DNA from: Balanoglossus misakiensis
Taxonomy: Eukaryota; Animalia; Hemichordata
Assembly (NCBI GenBank): GCA_040954595.2
Contig: CM082584.2
Span: 8,079,919 to 8,143,918, forward strand
Length of the DNA stretch: 64,000 nt
Direction: 5' to 3'
Part shown: in pieces, positions 24,860 through 37,686 of the stretch
Layout: every line of letters begins with the position of its first letter
Numbering within the stretch: position 1 is the stretch's first letter
Notes under the pieces: generated by a model
The model's input: the letters and a program-made list of their open reading frames with translations, nothing else
Databases searched by the model: none
Told to the model about the DNA's origin: nothing
Translations under genes and position numbers: made by a program

Positions 24860-27800
24860 CCACCGCCGCCGCCATCACCACCACCACCACCATCATTTAA
24901 AGTTAATGTTTAATACCTGTAATATATACATCTAGTGGATTTGAAATTGCGAATGATTTGACATCTTTGCTGCATATTTTGCATCTGTAAGTTCCCTCGT
25001 ATGCTTCGGTCATGTTGGTAATTATGAAATTAGCGATGCTACATTGAATAAAAGAAATTAAATCGTACACAAATAAACGCACAGAATAATGAGAAAGGTG
25101 TAGTTTATGAATTTGATCTAAGATTTCATTTTGCAAGAAAGGGAAACAAAAACACTCTCCTAAATCCCCACCTCTCATTCAATTGAGTATATACGGATTA
25201 ACATTTTGATGTAAATTTTCTTTCAAGTACTTTCAAGTATGTCACACACTAAAGAAATTGAACATTTTGTAGCTTGAGTCCAGGACTGAGAAACTTACCC
25301 AATTATAGGATTATCGATGATCACCGCCGTGAAGACGTCCGTTACATTTTCCCCATCTTTCTCAAAAAATGTGAGTTGACGATCGATGTTTACAAAGTGA
25401 CATGTTAATTGAATAGGCTGAAAGTACTTCACATCGTGGCTTGACAAACTCAGTGTTGCTGATGGCTCCATAGCTGGAAAGAATTGTGCAAGCGTTAAAA
25501 CGCGCAAGGGTGCATGGACGGGGCATAACAGGCCAGCAAAATGGGCATGGTTGCGTTCATCCGACCTCTAAGTGTTTCGATAAATACACTTACGTATATC
25601 ACATGTAGGACCATGCCACCCATCAGCACAACGACAAGCGCCGTTCCACCCATGACAGGTTGCACCATTTTCACATTGACAGTCATATTGGCAGACACCT
25701 CCGTATTTACCGGCCGGACAACCTATTAAGCAAAGTACTTGTCAAAGCAACGCGTTTTGAAGACAGGATAATCTCCAACCCTTACACATTGGTTACAATT
25801 CAAGCATGGACATATGTACTACATGTATTATAATGGCATCATGCCTAACAAAATGCAAATTTATGTGCAGCATGTAACTTGCTGTAGGAGAAGAGCCCAA
25901 CGTACCTTTATATTCAATTTCCATCAGTCCATAGTCTGCGAACGGATTCAAGGGAAGTTTGTTAACTGCTACACGTAAATTGTATGCGTTGGTCAACTTT
26001 GCAGTTAACATTTTAACTGTAAGACATCCGACGTAGCTTAAAGGTGACGTCTCATGCCCCATTACCTTCTCATGTCTTATTACTTCCTTTACAAAACGAT
26101 TAACAACTACTTCTCCTTCGACCACCTGTTAAAATGAGAGGCAGATTAAATATAACATGTACATTTTAAAATGATATTAATCGTATAGGTTCAGGAATAC
26201 GCTATTGCAGGCCGGTCTCGCACGGGTTCGTTATAGGGTGACCGCACTCCAGCCAACAACCCGCGCGAGTGGACGATGGGGTTTAGGGAAAATAGTTTGC
26301 TTGACTTCTGAGTAACTATATATTGCAATCAAGTAAAGAAAACCCAGCACATATGTGAAACGCTAAACTTGGTTCATTTACCTTGAAATACTGCACCTGA
26401 AAATGGGTGGAATTTCCACCACGCCCATTTATTGAAAACACTTCCCGATAGTCTGGCCAATCAATAGGTTGTAGTATCAGTGACATGTCGAATAAGTTAA
26501 ACTTTATACTTCCAAACGATCTGATCAATTGATATTCGTATACAGGAAAGTACGCATCCAAGTTACCTAGAATGACAAGCAAAATCAAGATAGATCTTGT
26601 GGGTTTATATAATCTGCAGTCGATAAACTTGAATTAATTATTTTATCAACAGCATGAACATGAAAGTGTCATTTACCACATTGTCTTCAAACACATGAGC
26701 TAATATCATACCTACATCTGTCTGTCTGCCTGCCCATGTACACTCCGCTCAAGTGCTTATTTGATGAACCTTGTTAGAAATAGTCTTTTCACGTGTAATA
26801 AAATGATTTTCCAGACAATTCGCCGTTCTTGAGATATCGTGCTTACAGACAGATACACAGACAGACATACATGTACACACATACAGAGAGAGAGAGACCA
26901 TGACATTACCTCGCTATCACGCAAGGTAAACCGCGAATTGTTCGGTCTCAAAATAGTTTAGAATTTCACTTGGCCTCAGGCCAAAGACACTGCACAAAAA
27001 CATTAACTAACTTACATTTTGAATTGTTGGTATCAATTACTACTCCAAAATCCAAATACGGGGACGTCTTGACCGGATGAAGCGTTGATTTGCCTTGTAA
27101 TAAGATATCTACAAACCATGGCCATGCAGTTTGCTGCAGAAATTGAAATTAAAATATGTATTTAGTATCTTTATGCATTTTACTTTTTTTTATCTTTGTC
27201 CGGACACACGCCTTAAATCTGGCAAAAACCGCGAAAAGTATTGGACATGCGCAGTCGAAATTTCACATACTCAAGATGGCTGTCATGATTCGGTCGGTCT
27301 ATATATGCTATATTGCTTTCTTTTTGAGGTTCGAAATAACGAAGGATGAATCACCTCTTTCCTGACTGGTGTTGCGCAGGTTTTGTTGTAATATGGTGGC
27401 CAGTCATCTGTATCGACAACGTGGATATGTATTCCAAATGCCCGTATGTCTGCATCCTATGAGTCAAAACAGCAATATTTCCATTAAAGATTAAAGCATC
27501 TGATATACAGTGTTTTTTGTAGAAACTCATTCTCATCCGTTTGGTTATTTTGCCGTTCGCTCATTTAGTAATTTTGCATATTTCTCAGAACAAGGGCTAA
27601 CAAACCGCTATGTTTTAGTAGAACATTACTGATTTTAGAAATACCTTGCTGTAAAAGATTTATTTCATGTACTTTCGTGTCTTCAAACGCCTCAACCCTG
27701 CATGACGTAGCAAATTTTGGATGAGAAAATCCTATTATGCAGTCAGTGCTTTGCTCACTGGAAATGTGAAGAAAAAATCATGGAAAACTGTCACGATATA

Positions 27801-29635
27801 TGATCACCAGGTACTCTAATACTCACTTGATATGCGTGGACGATTAGATCAAAATCTGGCGTTATTTTGGCATCAAGGTGCTTCGCTACAATGACAGCCT
27901 TGTTGTCTTCGCTTACACCGAACCTGTTAAACTTGGTATAGAATTGTAGGTTCGACAGTCATAAGGCAAAACATCTTTGACGAAAATGTGCATCTTACAG
28001 AAATATGAAAGAACCATTCCAGACTTCTTGAAAAATGAAGCTAGAATCGTGTTTTTTTTCAAACACGATTAAATGTTCATGTCACACAGTTATACCTTTT
28101 TAGACCTTACTATTTTTTCGAAGAAAAAAATACTTCCATTTTGCGATATTTATGTAATAAATACATTGGTGGTCATTTTTAATTAAACATTTAAGACATC
28201 TGTACTCTTCCATACAAAAATATCCTTACTCTCTATATTGAGAGAGAATTATCAAAAGTTGTCTTGAGCAAAATATGAGAAATAGTTTAAGAATTTTACT
28301 TTGAGGTGCATAAACCTTAGTTTAACACAACCAATTTCTACTTACATCATTACCATGGACAAGGTGGAAAGTCATGTTTGGTGACATGCCATTCCATTCT
28401 TCAAAGAGAAACACGGGACTTCTTATGCTTAAGTTCTGGAGGTGAAAATGCAAATTTTTATACAACACTACAACCATCTACAACCATACAGCTGGCTACA
28501 TACATACAGTACATACAGTACATACAGTACATACAGTACATACATACATACATACATACATACATACATACATACATACATACATACACACACACATACA
28601 TACATACATACATACATACATACATACATACATACATACATACATACATACATACATACATACATACATACATACATACATACATACATACATACATACA
28701 TACATACATACATACATACATACATACATACATACATACATACATACATACATACATACATGTACATACATACATACATGGGTCCGTAATGCCTCAACAT
28801 TAACTACATGTTCGCTAATTACTTTACCTCATAAACGGAGAGACTGACATTGTTACTTGCGGGATATCTGTACAACTCTTCTTCTGTAAGGCAAGTAGTG
28901 GCGCCAAACTCCCCTATGATAAATCAAATTAGCATATATTGGGATATGTTAGCGTCGTGCTATGAATATACAAATTTTTATGTTATTTATCTTTCTTAAC
29001 TACCTTCCTCTCGATGAAAATGATGTGTTTTATCAGTTACAGTTATCAAAGAATATTCCTAACTTACCTGGACAACAAAACCTCACTTGGTAATCTTCGC
29101 ACATGCCGTCATCCTGCTGGTCATTCAAACATTTAAATCCAAGAGAATTATACTGAGCGAATCGCTCTCCTGTCTGACCAGCCGGCAAACCTTCAGATGT
29201 TTTTACATCAATGGCCGACGGGTTGTCGCATATTAAATGAGGAAAAGCGATACGCTTGAAGTACAACAATTCGGAGTCACCAGCCATATCTTTATGTTCA
29301 TCAAACCACCGTGTCCAGTACCCGTCTAGAAATGGGAATAGTGTCCACTATGTATTATTGCCAATCGCGTCTAGTTCATATCAGCAAAAATGAAACTGTC
29401 ATTATACCATGAATGCTACACCTGGGATAAATCAATTAAGGTACTATGGTGTCTGTGTGTGTCCACTCGAAAAGCCAACACTAATCGACAGAACGGAACT
29501 AACTTTCGCTTAGCTTTAGTATACTGTAGTAAAAAAAAAAGAAATACATGGTCCAAGTACCTTATACGTAAAACCAAACTTACCCGACAGAGTAATCAAG
29601 AAGATTACCCAGGACATACGGTAAAGAAGATCCAT
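19391..29635 (-). CDS. Receptor tyrosine kinase: SP - WxxW (mucin-type Cys-rich) - cadherin-like - EGF - Ig - EGF - HYR - TM - tyrosine kinase
   Basis: Signal exon 29584-29635 ([17 protein letters not shown]). WxxW exon ~29068-29325 (YWTRWFD...[11 protein letters not shown]). EGF exons ~25594-25722 and ~24611-24737; Ig exons ~25299-25473 and ~24917-25039; HYR exon ~24261-24500; TM exon ~23927-24096. Kinase exons carry [13 protein letters not shown] (~23482-23617), [11 protein letters not shown] (~20965-21089), VPVRWMAPE (~20748-20825), WSYGVFLWE (~20578-20618) and CW...P..R (~19996-20192). The last exon (GIFDVTK*, ~19391-19414) is tentative, and exon phases between 26.3 and 27.9 kb are unresolved. 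Confidence 0.85.
21912..23302. repeat. Composite intronic repeat with local tandem duplication
   Basis: ~300-bp block at ~22450-22750 is repeated at ~22786-23090, and 22285-22397 is repeated at ~23104-23216. Recurrent GGTCCCAT...ATGGGACC inverted motifs and a (TGTA)n tract at ~21970-22020, typical of DINE/HINE-like non-autonomous elements. Confidence 0.7.
24828..24895. repeat. (CAT)n / (CAC)n trinucleotide microsatellite
   Basis: Directly visible in an RTK intron. Confidence 0.85.
28477..28779 (+). repeat. (TACA)n microsatellite with conserved leader, likely a retroelement 3' tail
   Basis: TCTACAACCATACAGCTGGC followed by ~280 bp of TACA repeats. Confidence 0.85.
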
Positions 29636-29888
29636 TGCTTTTTTGATATTGCTCTAGTGACACTTATGTAGAACCCCAATGTCGGTTGCTTTCCAAAACC
29701 ACTGTTGACGATCAACAGCGAAGCAGGAAACAACAACGAAGCCGGAAACACATCGACTCTAAACGGATGTAGGGGCTGGTTTTTTTCCATAGACGTGCCA
29801 TGCATGAGAAAAGGCCAACAATAAGGGACTGGACAGTCTCTTCAGCCTGGGGTGGGCCGGTGGATTCTATTTTGTGGATATCAAAAAG

Positions 29889-30113
29889 TCTACAACCATA
29901 CAGCTGGCTACATACATACAGTACATACATGCATACATGCATACATACATACATACATACATACATACATACATACATACATACATACATACATACATAC
30001 ATACATACATACATACATACATACATACATACATACATACATACATACATACATACATACATACATACATACATACATACATACATACATACATACATAC
30101 ATACATACATACA
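29889..30113 (+). repeat. (TACA)n microsatellite with the same leader
   Basis: TCTACAACCATACAGCTGGC followed by ~200 bp of TACA repeats. Confidence 0.85.
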
Positions 30114-31995
30114 TCACGGCAAAATAAACAAAATGAAACATTGGCCATTATTACCTTCTCATACATATTCGCCATTCTCAGTCATTTCATTATTTTAAAA
30201 ATGTACATGACGTGTTAAAAATAGTTTGGTAGATTTGACGAAATAAGGAGTGGAATACGATGTTGACTATATAAGAAAAATCCTTAGTTAATTTTCCGAT
30301 GTTTGGAGAGGTGTAAATGTTTTAATGATACGCAGCGTTTCGCACACTCATCTTGCAAATTGATTCTCTTACAAATGAAAGAAAATCAACAATTAGGAAC
30401 AGTTTAGAAAGCACACACACAAACAATACTTGCATGTTCATAGATACGTTTTATTCATAGATTTTAATATTTTTATATTTATAATAAAATAACATTATAA
30501 TGAAGTATACAAAATGTCAATTTTTTAATTTTTGTTTTATGGGAACCTTTTCATAGTGACAGATTTGGCTCCAGTCTCATGTTACTGCTGCAGATCATTT
30601 GCATAAGTGTTCAAATGAATTTTGATGTTGGTGAATATAACATTATCGACAACCACGCTCGACGTGTGTGTGTCTTTGAGAAGATATTGCCCAGCATCAG
30701 AATTGTATTTTTTTTCTAGAATCCTGACTCCTCAAACAGAGCAAAACGATCTAGAACATATAACGAAAATGACCTATTCTCGAAGGATAAAATACAAAAT
30801 GTTTCTTTTGCACTGTTAAATATAAATACATATAAGAAAACATATCAATTAAACTATAGAAAAATACTTTGGCAAATAAAATACCTGAGTTGTGTTAATA
30901 AAAATCCAGCAAAATGGGAAAGTGTTCTTGCATAGACATTTGGTCCCAATTGACTATTTCATTATTTTTGAATTGTCTGCGAAAGAATTAAAAAATTGCA
31001 TGACATGATTTTTGTTGTGTATATCATCTACAAAATTTTCAATTAAACATTACAATTTAGTTAACTGCATACTTACATGATGAAATGGACATTCAATAGT
31101 GTTTGTAATAATTATATGTAAGGAAATCATGAATATATATCGATAGATGGTGGATAAGTACATCAAAATAAAATTAGAAAACCAAATGGTATATATATAC
31201 ACATACACCAAACGGAAGTTATATGATCTTAAATAAGTTTATAAACATGCTGAAACTGTCTACTTCAAGGAAAATGCTCATAAAATTGCTAAAATGCAAC
31301 TGTCAATTAAAAACATGAAAGATGTTAGTAATTTAAAAAAATAATGCATTTTTAGATAACACATCAGCTTAAACCTAAAATAGGCTCTATCTGCATTCTT
31401 CAAACTGGCAAAGACAAGTAAAGTGAGCCAACTGGACTATGATGGCTCTCTACACAAATTCCATCACAGAAAAAAATAATACAATAAATATAGGAAAAAG
31501 AGACATGCAAGAAAAAACTCAGAACCCTGTTATTAAGCAAGATGTGAGGTCAAAAATAGAGAAGTACAAGAAAAAAACGCAAATGTATTTGGCCACATGT
31601 ACACATTCCACAAAAGCACTCTTGAGCCAAACTATCGCTCTCAAACGCTGTACAGAATCGACGAAAATTTGCTGCCATCAAATATGTGTACGTATAAAAT
31701 GTATTTAGATGCGTAAATGGACACGGATGTAAATTTCAATAAAACACAGCACCCAAAACCATGTGTATTCCTTTCCTCGGTAAAAGTGTGTCGCCACAGT
31801 TGACTGGATAATGTGAAAGGACTGGTTCATTTCACTTCGAAACAGTCACAGCTGTTCTTGAGTCGGTCTGGAAAGATCAAACTTTGGTCCCTGCGTACTC
31901 TTCCACTGAAACAAACCTCTAGCAGCTGGTATTGCAATTTTTTTTAGGCAGTCTTGCAATCAAAGTAGAATGTTCTGTCTTTGGAGCACCATCGT

Positions 31996-34895
31996 TCACC
32001 CTGTCATTTCGAGACACCGTCTTGAACATTTGAGTTTTTCCTGGCTGCAGAAGCACAACTTGACGGTCTGTGTCCTGTGTACCTTGTTCAGGACCTCCAT
32101 GTCTTCATCTGATAAACTGAAATCGAATACCTGTGCACAGACAGATAACAAATGATAAAACATCATCATGATCATGCACCTTGCTTGCGTACAGACATAC
32201 ATGTGCATAATCATAATTTTTTTTTTACTGGTACATGAAGGGTGGTATTATGTTAAACTGACACTTATGTGTACAATGTGGACGTCTACCAACCTGACAA
32301 TTTTCAAGAACTCTGTCCTCTTTTGTAGACTTGGGCATTGTCACTATGTCATTCTGAAAAAGAACAGGAAACAAGCACAAATGATATATTTTATACACAC
32401 ATCCCCAGCTGTATGTGTGAAGAATGATATCCCATATAATGACAGAACTAATTTGCATCTGCATGCAATTTATGGCATACAGATGTTGTTTTCGCATGGA
32501 TGTGGTCTACTGGTATACTTGGTGGTACTTTCGCAAGTGCCTTGAGCAAAAATAACCTTTCTACAGTATAGTCAGCATGCAGAAATTAGTTTTGATTATC
32601 TGTACAGAGCTGCAGCAGTGGTGATATCGCCCTGAGAAGTTCGTCGATTGCTTAATAATAAGAACATATTGTGGCCATAGTTCTCAGCCATTTGGGTTCA
32701 GAGTTGTGAGGTTATATCACTAACCCTTTCACTCCCAGTTCCCTCTTTAGAGGTCCAAACTTACTACAGAAAACAGTGGGATTGGAATGAACCATGGTGG
32801 TGAAAGGGTTAAAGAAATCTTGTGATGGTCATGTACATTTATTTGGCTTACCTGTAAATTCCAGCGTATAAGAATCTGAGATGCTGTCTTCTCGTATTTC
32901 ATGGCAATCTCTTTGACAATGGCATCATCAAGAGCTAGACCTTTGGACAGGGGACAATACCCCTGCATACATAAAATAATATTTGAATCCGCTTTTAACA
33001 TTTAAAAATAACAATTTATTAAATCTAAAATACACCAGTTCGAAAAAAAAATCATAGTAAAGTCACAAGAGGTCAGCCAATTTAAATGCCATGGAGAAAC
33101 TCACCTGAACACATATGTTGTTGTTGCGACAATACTGGATTAGTTCCGTGGGCCTGTAGTAAATATGATGCTCTATCTATTGGGTGGGGAAGAATAGGTC
33201 AAAAGGTCACTTACATGGAAACGAGCAGACCAAATACTTGTTTTTACAGAAATTTAACTTATGGACGATAAAATGGTTTCAAGCATGTTATGTCATGTGA
33301 TGTGACATATTTTTTTTTAATTAAGAAATGGTATGTTATTCCAACCACATGAGATGATAAGACCATAAAAGTACCTGGTTGACATGTGGGGCCACCGTCC
33401 ACACTTCTTTGAGCTCTTCTAAGTGTTCAATTTCAAAGTTACTCACGCCGATAGCTCTACACAGCCCTGAAAATGAACAATGTATTCTTTTGTAACTCTC
33501 TCAAATTCACTTACTGATGATATTATGCCAATAAGGTCTTAAGACTGGGGGGAAGTTAAGTCTCCTTTTGCTAAGCCGTGACCCCAAGCTGACAAAGACA
33601 GTTTGTCTCCACACACAAGAAGACAATGTGAACCTTGGAAACAGGAAGTGAAAGCTGCCCCTTTCAGATGGAGGAAATGTCACGCACGGGATAGGGCGTC
33701 CGACCAGAACTGGACTATGAGAGCTACTGAGAAAAATCCAGAATCCGTCATTACCTTCCCTGTAAAGTTCTTCCATGGCTTTCCATGTTTTCACTCTCAG
33801 TGACTTCCCGTCCGGTGTTCCTGGTGGGCAAGTTGGCCAGTGAATCAAGTACAGGTCTGTGTCAAAGAAAAAAACAAATAAAATCGTTTCAAAAATATAT
33901 CGTCTGTAAAATCTCGTGATATCTACCTTACAAATGCATACCCTGAACATTTATTCACTCACCAAGGTATTTCAGCCCAAGGTTGTTGATTGATCGTTTG
34001 CAGGCGGCTATGGTGCTGTCGTACCCCAAGTCCGACGGCCACAGTTTGGATGTGACGAAGATGTCTCCTCTGTCGATGCCGCTGGCCTCGATGGATTTCT
34101 TCAGGGCCTCTTCACAGCCGTACCTCTGAGCAGTGTCTATGTGTCTGTAGCCGCAATCTCGGAGCGCGTACACCACGGCCGGGTGGGAATACCCTCCCTC
34201 GTGTGATGTACCTGTGAGAAATTAATCAGGATGTGGTTATATTCATGTCCCTGCATCCTGATACCAGCCATTTCTGCAATGGTAACATTTTAGAGCTCCA
34301 TTAGCATATGCCCCCCCCCCCCCCTGTCCCCTCTCGAGGAGTAACTGTATCTGCAATGATTGTGGCGGATGCTGCTATAGGTTGATGGTGTGTTTAGGGC
34401 TGCGAACATACCATCAAGAAACACCCACTACAATCATTTCAGCTATACTTGTATACTGAGTATTGCCACCCATCTGTAGGCATGTTCATTGTAGCCCAAT
34501 GAGAGTGGTCTAGTTTATGCTTGAAATGCTGTGTACATAGCACAGGAATTCGACCCGTTTAATCTGTGGACTGTTTTATTTAATTTTCCACAGATTTAAT
34601 GGGTCGAATGCCTGTGACTTACACCGCCGACGGCAGTGCAAATCGCATTGGCAATACAGTCGAGTTGCCAATCCACGGAGCAGAGGCCATCTTTGAGTTT
34701 GAGAGGTAGAACTCGACAACCATTTTGGTGATGTTGCAAGGCAAAAATACACATAAATCCAGCAATCTCATGGTCCTTGATAGAAACTTGTAACTTTATA
34801 AACACACTCCCGTCCACGATTTACTTACCTAGGCCTAAAATCGGTATTTTTATCCCATTAGATAGTGATGCTGTCTTTGTGGGACAATCGGCCAT
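31996..34895 (-). CDS. Aldo-keto reductase family oxidoreductase (resembles ZK1290.5-like AKRs)
   Basis: Eight exons: LSNGIKIPILGLG|TSHEGGYSH...GYRHIDTAQRYGCE...IFVTSKLWP; DLYLIHWP; AIGVSNF; GYCPLSKG; QILIRWNLQ; PKST; VFDFSLSDEDM. Catalytic D/Y/K/H tetrad present. Confidence 0.92.
32721..32812. mobile_element. ~90-bp TTAA-flanked (piggyBac-like) MITE
   Basis: TAACCCTTTCAC...GTGAAAGGGTTAA; relatives at 48427, 59353, 59868 and 63585. Confidence 0.65.
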
Positions 34896-35177
34896 TTTAC
34901 GGTAAATATTTACGACAAATGTGAAAGGATCACTTTTTGAAATGCAATGATTAAATAACGATGAGTCATCTTCCAAATTTATTAAATATATCTGTATTCT
35001 TTCTACGGAAATTTGAAAATGTGTTATTACTTCGAGATTGTAAAAGCTGTCTATTATCTTGCATGTCGCAAATTATACCCTCTTGCGTCACAACATTGCA
35101 GCTGGTTCAACCCGGAAGTAATTTATTTCACGATTCGTCTGCTTCGATCGCACGCGTCTCCATCGCATCCGGTCAGA
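34896..35177. promoter_or_regulatory. Bidirectional promoter between AKR and DPH5
   Basis: Divergent ATGs only 282 bp apart; ETS-type CCGGAAGT at ~35112. Confidence 0.65.
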
Positions 35178-37686
35178 ATGCTGTACTTCGTGGGTCTCGG
35201 GCTTGGGGACGCGAAGGATATAACAGTGAAGGGACTGGATGTTGTCAAAAAGGCTAAGACAGTGTACCTTGAAGCGTACACGTCGATTCTGACCGTTGGT
35301 AAAGATGCATTGGTAAGTGTCGCTATGTTCGCTATGTTCGTGACTAGCTCTGCCTACAGGTCACTGTTCCGGGGTGTGTTACTGTTAGACATGTACGCAG
35401 GTCTAGCTTGTTCTCTGCCGGGTTGCTGGGGCTCGTAGCCCTACCACTCCCTCGTTAGGGCCATAAGCTAGGGACCTGCGGCAAGCCTAGCTCTGCGTAC
35501 AGGTCTGTGTGTTCAAGTTCCCGGCAGAGCTACGGCAAGCCATGGGGTACTGCTGAGGCACGGTAGCCAACTGCACTTGTATTACCTGCCATATATAATG
35601 ATAAATATACCATTACGATTTATTTCAAAACTAATACATGTATACAATGTATTTTTCTCATCAGACAATCCACACACAACATAAATAATCAGTGTATTAA
35701 TTATTATATATTCAGGTGGGGGGGGGGGGGTCTGACCTTTATAAACATTCTGCAATTGACTTACATGTATGTAGGACCCGCTGTTGTTCACAGTCACTCC
35801 AGACAGTGACTGTGTTTTGTCCCAGCAGTGCCGAATCATTCCTCTTCACTGTTAGACTGGGGTTGTGGGAAGGGGGGGGGGGTCATGCTTAATTGCCAAA
35901 TCGTGTACATGTATATCCTACAATGACTCCAGTGATACAAATACTGGTATTACTTGACAAGTCATATCTGAACTTTACAGAAACTTCTGGATGTGAAAAT
36001 GGAATAATGCATGTGTGTGTAATATTGTTTTCCCCTGACAGGAAGAATATTATGGGCGTGAAGTGATTTTAGCCGACCGAGAAATGGTTGAACAGCAATC
36101 AGACGAAATTTTCCAAAATGCCAAGAGTGAAGATGTGGCATTTCTAGTCGTGGGTGACCCCTTTGGGTGAGTGTATACCGCCACTGGCACACCAGACGCG
36201 TTGACAACACCAAGTCTTGGCCGGAATAATTTAAACATTACATTTTGCCTGTATTAATTTGTGCATAGGATGATTACTTTATGGTGTCAGCTGTGTCCTA
36301 CAGAAATGGCACTGGCCACAGGCACTCTGATCAACAACCACACATATGTTTGTTTTCTAATTACTCCACACAGAGCCACAACTCACACAGACCTTGTGCT
36401 GAGAGCGATCCAAGAAGAGATTCCCTACAAAGTCATCCACAATGCTTCTATAATGAATGCAGTCGGATGCTGCGGATTACAAGTGAGAAATCAATATTTT
36501 GTGTCTCTTTTATCATTTTAACTATTTATATTCCTTTGAACCCAGTCTCATCTGTGTTAGAATGGGGGTGATGTGAGTTTTTCATGCCCAAAGAAATGTC
36601 TGGTACACAGCCCAGCAGATACAGAAGAGCGCCCTCTGTGGTTTTACCGTCTAAAGTTTTCAACAGACTCGGCGGTGTCTGTCTCATCTGCTCATACAAA
36701 ACACGAAGTATGTGATTTTAATGATGATTTTAATAGCTTTATGAGTTTTCTCGTCAAATCCATTTGTCAAATTCTTTTTTTCACAGTTGTACAATTTTGG
36801 TGAAACAGTGTCGATTGTGTTCTGGACGGACACCTGGAAACCAGACAGCTTTTATGACAAGATAGCCACCAACAGAAAGGCTGGATTTCATACTTTGTGT
36901 TTACTGGACATCAAAGTCAAGGAACAGTCGATAGAAAATTTGATGAGGTAGGAGAGAGGAACAATGTGTATGTGGGTGCTTTTGTTGTATTGGTTGACTG
37001 GCGATGGTTTTGTGGCTGCTGTGGGTATAGTATGTTGGTTGGCCAGTTGGTTGGCTAGTTGGTTGATGGTTGGTTGGTTGATTGATTGATTGACTTGATA
37101 TAGCTGTAGCTGGGAATTTATTAATACATGTAGTACAGAGACAGTTGAGAGATCCCCTTTTCATTTTTGTCATTTTCTTTTTCTAGAGGAAGAAAAATAT
37201 TTGAACCCCCACGGTACATGACAGTGAGCCAGGCTGCCTCTCAACTGTTAGAAATTATTGAGAGGAAGAGGAGTGAAGGATGTGAAAGTTTAGGTAAGTC
37301 TTGCCACAAGGGTGTACATGTATTGATTGTGAGAGCATGGCCAATCACAAATTTACAGACAAGGGGAAACTACAGTACTCCAGAACTACATATGCAACAT
37401 TATATTTGCCGGTGTAAACTCTGGGTGTTTTATTTTTTTTTTTTTTTGCCTTCTCCTCCCAGCTTACACGGAGGACACCATCTGCGTCGGGGTGGCCAGA
37501 GTGGGAGCCGAGGACCAGAGACTTGCCGCGGGAACCCTGAAACAGTTGGTTGCCACGGAAATGGGCGCTCCCCTTCACTCATTGGTCATTGCCGGTCACA
37601 TGCACCCCCTCGAAATGGACATGCTGAAGTTGTTCGCAGTCGACCCGGAGACATTTGACGTGAAAGCCAAAGCTCATGCAGTGTAG
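35178..37686 (+). CDS. DPH5: Diphthine methyl ester synthase
   Basis: [20 protein letters not shown]...YLEAYTSIL; [18 protein letters not shown]; [29 protein letters not shown]; [14 protein letters not shown]; PPRYMTV; PLHSLVI. Six exons (~35178-35312, 36042-36166, 36373-36482, 36787-36947, 37187-37292, 37463-37686). Confidence 0.97.
35488..35532. mobile_element. 45-bp TAG...CTA mini-element with 9-bp TSD, in DPH5 intron 1
   Basis: CGGCAAGCC|TAGCTCTGC...GCAGAGCTA|CGGCAAGCC. Confidence 0.7.

Noticed and set aside
28378-30218. ORFs of HTYI/MYVC repeats
   Set aside because: Translations of (TACA)n microsatellites, open in all frames.
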